Below are positions 29,500 through 36,515 of a stretch of DNA of 64,000 nt, in pieces. Made by a program: the position numbers and the translations under genes. The notes under the pieces are model-generated. The model did not search any database and had not been told where the DNA came from. It saw only the letters and a list, made by a program, of their open reading frames with translations. Source of the stretch: Terriglobia bacterium (GTDB lineage Bacteria > Acidobacteriota > Terriglobia > Terriglobales > Acidobacteriaceae); contig CAWENI010000009.1 in NCBI GenBank assembly GCA_963810505.1, forward strand, positions 221,388 to 285,387, in the 5' to 3' direction. How positions within the stretch are numbered: the first letter of the stretch is position 1; each line of letters starts with the position of its first letter.

Positions 29500-30395
29500 T
29501 TGAGCGCGGCAGCGGCGCTGCGCCAACCTGTTCACTTTCTTACAACGATGAGGGAGGTCGAATTGGAATCGGCAACGGTGAGCGAATTACCGAACCGCAG
29601 CAGGAAATCGGAACCTCTCTCCAAAGCCGCGCTCACCTCTGGGCGCTCTCAGCGCACACTGCTTTTCGGCCTGGTTCTGATCATAGTAACAATGGTTGTC
29701 TACAGCCCAGTTGTGCACAATGCCTTCGTCAACATTGACGATGACGATTACATCTTGGGCACGCCACAGATCCGCCAATCCTTCGACTGGAATCTCATTC
29801 GCTGGGCTTTTACAACGTTCGCACAAGCCAACAATCTCGGTGTGGTGCTCCTGGCCAAAGGCAAGGGGAGCTAGCGATCCAACATTTTCACGCGGCCTTC
29901 ACCATGCAGCCACAAGACGCTATCTCAAACCTGTATATCGGACTCTACGAGGCTAGGCATTGAAATCATCAGCGCGTGGTGGATCATCTCACTAGGGCCT
30001 TAAGCCACATGGGCGAAAAGAATGCGGACTGGAAGGAAATGGCGTATGCCAATCTAGGGACTGCCTATCGGAATCTTCGCAACTACTCCGAGGCGCGGCG
30101 GTGTTTTGAGGCTGCTTTGAGCATCAACTCCGCCAATACGGTCGCCGAGATCGGTATGGGACTGATCGCTGAGCGCCAAAAGAATTATTCGGAAGCGGTC
30201 TACTGGTATTCCGAAGCAATGCAGAAGAAGCCAGGTGCCGTGCCCGGCTTACTCCTCTCCAATGCTCTTCGCGAAAATGGGCAGCTCGAAGAGGCCAAAG
30301 AAGCATTTCAACAAGCACAAGATCTCGCGACGGATTTCAGCGCCTCGATGAGCGTTGTCGATCAAATGCTCATGAGCATCGAGAAGGAGCGCTAG
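29500..30395 (+). pseudogene. Decayed TMTC-like gene: N-terminal ~95 codons joined to the TPR tail, with an internal deletion, a frameshift and a stop
   Basis: TLLFGLVLIIVTMVVYSPVVHNAFVNIDDDDYILGTPQI matches the N-terminus of 9551-11413. At ~29830 the sequence jumps to TPR-like sequence (NLGVVLLAKGKG / frame change / LAIQHFHAAFTMQPQDAISNLYIGLYEARH* / ORF 29976-30395 with SVVDQML, cf. AVVDQML in the intact copy). The entire TM core is missing. Confidence 0.7.
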
Positions 30396-30508
30396 TAACA
30401 AAGACTCCATCGCCTTCGCGGGTCGAGCTGGCCGGCGCGGAACTCGACCATGAACTGTGCTAGCAGCGCCCCCTGGTGGCCGCAGGTGCTAGTCTAGCGT
30501 AGCAGCCG

Positions 30509-32053
30509 ATGAACAACCGTGAGATCCAGGCAGCTTGGAAGTATCACGATGGCACCAAGCACTCTTATTGGAGTATTCGTAACCATCCTCACTTCCTGGA
30601 CTGGGCGAATCGCCCGTCGCCTTTCAAGATCTACCCAAAGATAGAGCCTCTTCCGCTGCCACGGGACGTGCCGCAAACCGGGGTGGCTGCGCTCTCCGCA
30701 ATCTCAGAACCAGTGCCTTCGTCGCGTGCTGATGCTGTCCCCGGCATTCAGGATCTGGCGCGCCTGCTCTACTTCTCGGCAGGAATCACCAAACAGCGTG
30801 CGTATCCAGGCGGAGAGATCTACTTTCGCGCCGCAGCTTGCACCGGAGCTCTCTACGAGATGGAACTGTATGTCGTCGCCGATGATCTCATGGGTTTGGA
30901 TGCCGGCGTGTATCACTTCAATCCGGCGGACGTATCGTTGCGGCTTCTGCGAAACGGTGATTTTCGCGGAAACCTGGTTGAGGCGACGGCGATGGAACCC
31001 GCGGTGGCTCACGCCCCCGCGACGATCATCTGCACCGGTACTTACTGGCGGAACGCCTGGAAATATCAGGCGCGCACCTATCGCCATTTCGGTTGGGACA
31101 ACGGCACCCTGCTGGCAAATATGCTGGCCGTGTCCGCCGCTTCGGGGCTGCCGGCCAAGGTCGTGCTGGGATTCGTGGACGCCGAGGTGAACCGCCTACT
31201 CGATCTGCATACGCGGCGCGAGGTTTCCTTGTGCCTGGTGCCGATCGGGCGCACATCGGAGAGTTCGCTACCAGCACCGAGAGAGGCGTTAGCGCTTGGC
31301 CTGGAGACGATCCCGCTTTCACAGCGCGAAGTCGAATATCCCGCCATGCTTGAGATGCACGACGCGTCGTCGCTAGAGTCCGCGGTGGAAGTAAGTCAGT
31401 GGCGCGGGAAGCCACCTGTTTTTCCATCTTCCGCCCTGGCCGGCGAGTCAGTTCGGCTTCAGCGCGTGCCCGAAGAAAAGCAACCGAAGGACACGATCGA
31501 GCAGGTAATCCTGCGCCGCGGCTCTACCCGAACGTTCGATGACGCAGCATCCATTACACTGCCACAACTTTCTATTATTCTCGACGATGCTACGCGAGGT
31601 CTTCCGGCTGACTTCCTTGAGCCTCCGGGCGCACAGCTAAACGATCTTTACCTGATCGTGCATTCGGTGGAGGGGCTTGAGCCGGGGGCATATTTTTTCC
31701 GGCGCGAGCAGAATATCCTGGAACTTTTGAAAAAAGGAAAATTCCGCGGTGAGGCTGGTCATCTTGGCCTGGACCAGCAGTTGCCGGCGGACGCCTGCGT
31801 GGACATCTTTTTTCTCGCCGATCTAAAACGCATTCTGGAGCGATACGGAAACCGCGGCTACCGAGCTGTCCAGCTCGAAGCGGGTGCCATCGGCGGCAGG
31901 ATCTACCTGGCTGCGTATGCCCAGCACCTGGGCGCGACCGGGCTGACCTTCTTCGATGATGATGTAACTAACTTCTTTTCACCGCACGCAAAGGACAAGA
32001 GTGCGATCTTGCTGCTCGCCATTGGCAAGGCATTGAAACGCAAATCAGAGTAA
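30509..32053 (+). CDS. SagB/ThcOx-family dehydrogenase (double nitroreductase-like fold)
   Basis: 514 aa. N-terminal YHDGTKHS..., LLYFSAGITK...YFRAAACTGALYEMELYVV, GVYHFNP, and a second half GAYFFRRE...GYRAVQLEAGAIGGRIYLAA, typical of SagB-type dehydrogenase domains. Confidence 0.8.
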   Translation: MNNREIQAAWKYHDGTKHSYWSIRNHPHFLDWANRPSPFKIYPKIEPLPLPRDVPQTGVAALSAISEPVPSSRADAVPGIQDLARLLYFSAGITKQRAYPGGEIYFRAAACTGALYEMELYVVADDLMGLDAGVYHFNPADVSLRLLRNGDFRGNLVEATAMEPAVAHAPATIICTGTYWRNAWKYQARTYRHFGWDNGTLLANMLAVSAASGLPAKVVLGFVDAEVNRLLDLHTRREVSLCLVPIGRTSESSLPAPREALALGLETIPLSQREVEYPAMLEMHDASSLESAVEVSQWRGKPPVFPSSALAGESVRLQRVPEEKQPKDTIEQVILRRGSTRTFDDAASITLPQLSIILDDATRGLPADFLEPPGAQLNDLYLIVHSVEGLEPGAYFFRREQNILELLKKGKFRGEAGHLGLDQQLPADACVDIFFLADLKRILERYGNRGYRAVQLEAGAIGGRIYLAAYAQHLGATGLTFFDDDVTNFFSPHAKDKSAILLLAIGKALKRKSE

Positions 32054-32249
32054 GCGAAGAAGCGTAAGCACAAGGCATCAGGCACCGACGGGGCTAGCAA
32101 AATTCGGAGATCAACCCACAAAGAAGAGGTATTTCCGGATCGTTGATCTGCAACCCAGCCTCAGGCTTCATTTCGTGGAGATATTTGAATGAGGATTTAT
32201 TCACTCAGGGCAGGCGCACAATCACGAGCCACGCCCGACCAACCGGCGT

Positions 32250-32492
32250 CTACTGGTCGAAACGCTGGCTGCCGTGCGGCGGCGATGGTTCAGGAGTACC
32301 AGCCTCGTCAGAGCCGATGCGGAATAGCGCTGCCTGTGCTTCAGCGTGCTCCTGCATCTCACGCAGTTCGTCCGCGCTGCCTTCCGGCTTCTCTTGTTTT
32401 CGCTGGCTCTTACGCTCTGCTTTGTCGCGTTGTTTCTGTTGGCGTTTTTGTTCTTTCTGGCGCTTGCTGAACGTTGATCGGCCTCGTGGCAT
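32250..32492 (-). CDS. Small (80 aa) protein with a highly basic Lys/Arg/Gln N-terminal half, unknown function
   Basis: ATG at 32492 is preceded by GGGAG 8 nt upstream. MPRGRSTFSKRQKEQKRQQKQRDKAERKSQRKQEKPEG... It lies 78 nt downstream of the RRM gene on the same strand. Confidence 0.5.
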   Translation of the reverse strand: MPRGRSTFSKRQKEQKRQQKQRDKAERKSQRKQEKPEGSADELREMQEHAEAQAALFRIGSDEAGTPEPSPPHGSQRFDQ

Positions 32493-32570
32493 TTCACAAT
32501 CTCCCAAATGGTCTTAGTTCTTGTTACTGGTGGTGACGTTGTCTAGCTCTGCGCCGGGCAAGCGGAAGAG

Positions 32571-32915
32571 TTACCAGCGCGGCTCGCGGGGCTGACGCGC
32601 GTGGCCCTGGTAATCATCGCGCCCATGTCCCCCTCCGCCAGACCGCTGTCCGCTACTCCGAGGCCGATCCACTTTGGGCTTCGCCTCGTTAATGGTTAAC
32701 GCGCGGCCTCCGAGTTCGGTCCCGTTCAGTGCAGCTATCGCTTTATCGGCTTCACTGGCATTGGTCATTTCCACAAACCCAAAACCGCGCGAGCGCCCTG
32801 TTTCCCGGTCGGTCACGATGCTGACTTTCTCGACGGCGCCGTGGGCCTCGAAGGTTGTGCGCAGCTCCGCCTCAGTCGTGCTGTGGGGCAAATTGCCAAC
32901 ATAAAGGTTCTTCAT
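32571..32915 (-). CDS. RRM-type RNA-binding protein with Gly/Arg-rich tail
   Basis: 114 aa. RNP2 LYVGNL, RNP1 RGFGFVEM, C-terminal RSSGQRSGGGGHGRDDY. Confidence 0.9.
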   Translation of the reverse strand: MKNLYVGNLPHSTTEAELRTTFEAHGAVEKVSIVTDRETGRSRGFGFVEMTNASEADKAIAALNGTELGGRALTINEAKPKVDRPRSSGQRSGGGGHGRDDYQGHARQPREPRW

Positions 32916-33514
32916 TGCATTTCCTCTCTTAGTAATTCATCCAGCGTCCGAGATGCAGTTGCCACCTTGGACACTCGTACTTCACAATCCCGTGGCGGGC
33001 AAGGTCTGTCCTGCAACGCCCGGTAGCGAGCGTTAGACGCGGACCGAACCGCGGAAATTCGCTGCGAAGCTTCCAGAATCCCCCAGCGCTGCGAACGATC
33101 CCGGGAAACATCGGCTGACCCCGCCGGGCGGGTCTCATTCAGAAGAGATGACTCCTGCTTCGGCTGGCCTAAGCACTCCTCCTCCGCGCTCGGTGCGTCC
33201 GCAAGGTACTCAGGTTTGCCGACCAGGAATGCAAGTGCCTGCGGTGGCGTGGCGCTGCGCATGTCCTCGCAAAACTTGTCCCGGGGGACCGATCCACTTT
33301 CCATGTTGATGAGCACCAAGTTATATAGATCGGCCCGCCACCAGGAACGCGCTTCCGTGATATCCGCGGCGCAGTCCACATCGATACCAAGTTTTCTCAT
33401 GGACTCGGCCCGCAAGTCGCGCTTCGACGGTGACCCATCGACCAGAAGAACACGTTTCTTCTTGATCGAACCGAATGCCTCTACAGAAAGTGGCGCCGAG
33501 ATAGGTATGGTCAT
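32912..33514 (-). CDS. Receiver-like (pseudo-receiver) domain protein with disordered C-terminal half
   Basis: 200 aa. KKRVLLVDGSPSKRD...LVLINMES...AFLVGKPEY follows the CheY-fold pattern. By my manual alignment, though, the acidic pair is D-G and the phospho-acceptor position is Asn. ATGA overlaps at both ends. Confidence 0.55.
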   Translation of the reverse strand: MTIPISAPLSVEAFGSIKKKRVLLVDGSPSKRDLRAESMRKLGIDVDCAADITEARSWWRADLYNLVLINMESGSVPRDKFCEDMRSATPPQALAFLVGKPEYLADAPSAEEECLGQPKQESSLLNETRPAGSADVSRDRSQRWGILEASQRISAVRSASNARYRALQDRPCPPRDCEVRVSKVATASRTLDELLREEMQ

Positions 33515-33669
33515 TCGGACGCCGCCTCTGGCTTCGATCCAGACTCTGTAGCCGCCGGCTTGCGCTGCTTTGCCAAGGTTTCGAACAGTTTACGGTTGCG
33601 CATTCGCCGAGCGATGTTCTGCTTCCGTACCCGGTGAAATCTGGACTTGTCGCCATTGATGCCCGACAT
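33511..33669 (-). CDS. Small (52 aa) basic protein, first gene of the RRM operon
   Basis: Not in the ORF track (<60 aa). GAGGAG sits 6 nt upstream of ATG 33669. MSGINGDKSRFHRVRKQNIARRMRNRKLFETLAKQRKPAATESGSKPEAASE. Its TGA overlaps the ATG of the receiver-like gene. Confidence 0.5.
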   Translation of the reverse strand: MSGINGDKSRFHRVRKQNIARRMRNRKLFETLAKQRKPAATESGSKPEAASE

Positions 33670-34042
33670 AGTGACTCCTCTCATTGAGGCCGGTTTACGA
33701 GCGCCGTTCTACTATGACGATTCCTTTGCGGGAACTACGAGGTTCGCGATTGAATCCACTCAACCGTGGTCAAGACTCGCGTTTTTGGCGCTTCAGCAGT
33801 CGCGGCCTGTCCGGGCACAGAATGTCTGGGATGCACGAATTGCGCCTCTCGATCTCTCAATCGCGAAGGCGCACGATGGTCTGGCGATGTGTCTTCGAGG
33901 TTAAGCAATATAAGTATACTCTGTTTGTGAGCACCTTGCCGAAGTGTTGCACATCGCGGCGAGCTGAATGATACCTTTGCGTCTTGCCTCGCGCTTCGGA
34001 GCCCTTCACGGCATTGATAACACGGACTTTCTGCAATCAGGC

Positions 34043-34071
34043 TTGCTAATCCTCAACTGTGCGCGTAAGAT
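34043..34071 (+). promoter_or_regulatory. Candidate sigma70-type promoter of the cold-shock gene
   Basis: TTGCTA-17 nt-TAAGAT. It predicts a ~115-nt 5' UTR, as is usual for cspA-type genes. Confidence 0.4.
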
Positions 34072-34192
34072 GAAAGCTGACGTTAGACCGAATCGGTCGT
34101 GAGCAGTTCTCGCCTCATCAGCCAGTAACCTGCCGGCAGTACCTCCGAATCTCTCCAGCGTAAAATTGATTGAAAGGAACACCTGTATCAAC

Positions 34193-34396
34193 ATGGCAGA
34201 ACAAGGAACAGTAAAGTGGTTCAACGACGCTAAAGGCTACGGCTTTATCAGCCGTCAGAACGGCGAAGATGTTTTTGTGCACTTCTCAGCGATCCAAGCG
34301 GGCGGCTTCAAGAGCCTGCAAGAGGGTCAGACGGTGCAATTCGACGTTACCAAGGGACCGAAGGGCTGGCAGGCCGAAAACGTCCAGGCTCTATAA
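34193..34396 (+). CDS. cspA: Cold-shock protein (CspA family)
   Basis: [35 protein letters not shown]..., with RNP1 KGYGFI and RNP2 VFVHF. The track ORF starts 27 nt earlier, but the ATG at 34193 gives the canonical 67-aa protein. Confidence 0.95.
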   Translation: MAEQGTVKWFNDAKGYGFISRQNGEDVFVHFSAIQAGGFKSLQEGQTVQFDVTKGPKGWQAENVQAL

Positions 34397-34414
34397 GCCT
34401 GCGATTTTTGCTGG

Positions 34415-34446
34415 AAGGCGATTTCCATGGAGATCGCCTTTTCCAC
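34415..34446 (+). terminator. Hairpin terminator after the csp gene
   Basis: AAGGCGAT-ttccatggag-ATCGCCTT followed by TTCC. The T-run is short. Confidence 0.5.
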
Positions 34447-34532
34447 TTGCAATCTGAATTGCAAAAGCACGAGCGGGGCAGTTAGCCCGCAGTTTTAACG
34501 ACCGGTTCTCAGGCAACGCAAACGGAGTCTCC

Positions 34533-34844
34533 CTGACACGCGACGAATCCAATACCTCATACGTAATCATCCGACACAATGTCCGGACCTACCAGTCTGC
34601 CGGAGTCGTCGAGGTCGTCAAGGGACGGCATAACGCAGAGACCGCTCTGAAAAAGTTGGAAGCCTACCAAAGCCCGGCCGATCGCCACGAGGGCTGGCGT
34701 TATTTCTTTGAGAAGACAGAACTGAAGGCTGGAATGAATCCCACGGAAGCCACTAAGCTTCGCCAGGAAAACCTGGAGGATCGGGAGTCCAAAGAGCAGA
34801 ACGAAATCAGTAATCTCAACGACCCGGCCGGTCCGGCAGAATGA
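34533..34844 (+). CDS. Hypothetical small protein; start codon uncertain (possible CTG)
   Basis: The frame is open from 34458, and protein-like sequence (YVIIRHNVRTYQSAGVVEVVKGRHNAETALKKLEAYQSPADRHEGWRYFFEKTEL) precedes the first canonical start (TTG 34656). CTG 34533 lies 5 nt after GGAG. Confidence 0.35.
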   Translation: MTRDESNTSYVIIRHNVRTYQSAGVVEVVKGRHNAETALKKLEAYQSPADRHEGWRYFFEKTELKAGMNPTEATKLRQENLEDRESKEQNEISNLNDPAGPAE

Positions 34845-34867
34845 GCAAGCAGGCGTGGCACTTGCGA

Positions 34868-34896
34868 TTGACTTTTATCGGCGAAAAGGATAAAAG
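34868..34896 (+). promoter_or_regulatory. Candidate promoter of the ilv/leu leader
   Basis: TTGACT-17 nt-TAAAAG, about 25 nt upstream of the leader ATG. Confidence 0.35.
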
Positions 34897-34920
34897 ATTT
34901 TAACTGCTTTGAGTCTTACC

Positions 34921-35043
34921 ATGTTTCTGCGTCCGTCCAATTCGAGTGTGGTGCGCCGGGTGGTCAGCTCTGTCTTGCTGGAGCTCCTCCTTATTGTGGC
35001 CGTTATTGGCCTGGTGCTTGCACCCACACGATACGGCGGATGA
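34921..35043 (+). CDS. Branched-chain amino acid leader peptide (40 aa)
   Basis: MFLRPSNSSVVRRVVSSVLLELLLIVAVIGLVLAPTRYGG*. It has 8 Val, 8 Leu and 2 Ile, and 17 of the 24 residues 10-33 are V/L/I. A terminator follows immediately, then leuA-like/ilvB/ilvN. Not in the ORF track (<60 aa). Confidence 0.7.
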   Translation: MFLRPSNSSVVRRVVSSVLLELLLIVAVIGLVLAPTRYGG

Positions 35044-35067
35044 TGTAGCCACAATTCAAGATTTTGG

Positions 35068-35106
35068 AAGGGCCATCATCCACAAAGATGATGGCCCTTT
35101 TGTTCT
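35068..35106 (+). terminator. Attenuator terminator of the ilv/leu leader
   Basis: AAGGGCCATCATC-cacaaa-GATGATGGCCCTT (13-bp perfect stem) followed by TTGTTCT. GGATGATG (35038-35045, overlapping the leader stop codon) can alternatively pair with CATCATCC (35074-35081). Confidence 0.75.
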
Positions 35107-35136
35107 ATGTCAGTTTTTTGTGAGACGGAGGATGAC

Positions 35137-36483
35137 TTGAACCCACCAACACAGATCACGGTATTCGATACGACCTTGCGCGATGGCGAGCAATCTCCGG
35201 GCTGCAGCATGAACGTGCAGGAGAAGTTGCGGATGGCGCGGCAGCTTGACCGGCTGGGTGTCGATGTAATGGAAGTCGGCTTTCCCATCGCGTCAGATGG
35301 AGACTTCGAGGCGGTCCGCCAAGCTGCGCAGGAAATTCGCAGGCCGGTGATTGCGGCCCTGGCCCGTTGCTGCCCTGGCGATATTGAGTGTGCCTGGCAG
35401 GCGGTTCAGAATGCTGCCCGGCCACGGATACACACCTTCCTGGCTACCTCCGACATCCACTTGAACGACAAGCTCAAGCTGTCGCGCCGGGACTGTCTGG
35501 AGCAGGCACGGGACGCTGTGCGCCTCGCGCGCGCCCGTTGCGAAGATGTGGAATTTTCTGCCGAGGACGCCACGCGTTCCGACATCACGTTTCTTTGTCA
35601 GGTGCTGGAGGCGGTGATTGAAGCCGGCGCCACCACCATCAATATTCCGGACACTGTGGGCTATGCAGTGCCCTCTGGCTTTGCCGAACTGATTCGAACC
35701 ATCCGCAAGCGAGTGCGCGGCATCGATCGTGTAACCCTCTCCGCGCATTGCCACAACGATCTTGGTTTAGCAGTAGCGAACTCGCTGGCCGCCATCGAAG
35801 CCGGGGTGCGGCAGGTGGAGTGCACCATCAACGGGATCGGGGAGCGCGCGGGGAATGCCTCGCTCGAAGAGATCGTGATGACGATGCGCGTGCGCAGCGA
35901 TCACTATGCGTTTGACACTGCGGTTGCGGGCGAACAACTGTTTCCTTCCAGCCAGTTGCTGAGCGAGATCACGGGAATCAGTGTGCAACCGAACAAGGCC
36001 ATTACCGGACGCAATGCTTTTGCTCATGAGGCGGGAATTCACCAGGATGGCATGATCAAGAATCCGCAGACCTACGAGATCATGACGCCGCAGTCGGTGG
36101 GAGTGCCCGACAGCCGCCTGGTCCTGGGCAAGCACTCCGGGCGGCACGCTCTCGGCTTGCGCTGCGAGAAGTTGGGATTTCCCTTGGAACGTCGTGAACT
36201 GGATGAACTTTATCGCAGGTTCATTGCACTGGCGGACAGGGTGAAGACCGTGGAAGATCATCACGTGCTCGAACTGATTCGCAAAAGCCCGGGCGCTGTT
36301 GCGCAAGGCAGCGGCAGCCAGGCGGCCCAGGCAGCCCCCCTCGGGGGAAGGGAAGTCCCCTTATTGCCGGATCGATTTCCGCCTCCGACTTTTACCAACC
36401 GGACGGTCGGTCGGGATAGTATATTGTTAACACCTGCCTCGGAGCATGAAGGAGAGCAGGAAGACTATCTCTGGGGAGTGTAG
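35137..36483 (+). CDS. 2-isopropylmalate synthase / citramalate synthase-like (DRE-TIM aldolase), lacking the C-terminal LeuA_dimer regulatory domain
   Basis: [45 protein letters not shown]. After ~residue 385 there is only a low-complexity tail. The probable start is TTG 35137, 5 nt after GGAGG; the track ATG 35107 lies in the terminator T-run. Confidence 0.8.
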   Translation: MNPPTQITVFDTTLRDGEQSPGCSMNVQEKLRMARQLDRLGVDVMEVGFPIASDGDFEAVRQAAQEIRRPVIAALARCCPGDIECAWQAVQNAARPRIHTFLATSDIHLNDKLKLSRRDCLEQARDAVRLARARCEDVEFSAEDATRSDITFLCQVLEAVIEAGATTINIPDTVGYAVPSGFAELIRTIRKRVRGIDRVTLSAHCHNDLGLAVANSLAAIEAGVRQVECTINGIGERAGNASLEEIVMTMRVRSDHYAFDTAVAGEQLFPSSQLLSEITGISVQPNKAITGRNAFAHEAGIHQDGMIKNPQTYEIMTPQSVGVPDSRLVLGKHSGRHALGLRCEKLGFPLERRELDELYRRFIALADRVKTVEDHHVLELIRKSPGAVAQGSGSQAAQAAPLGGREVPLLPDRFPPPTFTNRTVGRDSILLTPASEHEGEQEDYLWGV

Positions 36484-36515
36484 GTGGCGTGCAGTATTTT
36501 GAAAACGAGAGTCCT

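Noticed and set aside
30396-32053. SagB gene as the core of a thiazole/oxazole RiPP cluster
   Set aside because: There is no cyclodehydratase/YcaO, precursor peptide, protease or exporter within the flanking 5 kb on either side.
32143-32517. + strand ORFs (124 and 93 aa) opposite the small basic protein gene
   Set aside because: They are mirror ORFs of the Lys/Arg/Gln-rich - strand gene, which has an SD and sits in an operon context. Their translations are Cys/Ser/Arg-rich junk.
34946-35140. 64-aa + strand ORF upstream of the leuA-like gene
   Set aside because: It is out of frame relative to the V/L/I-rich leader, is Trp/Cys/Ser-rich, and reads straight through the terminator hairpin. The 40-codon leader ORF (34921-35043) is the meaningful frame.
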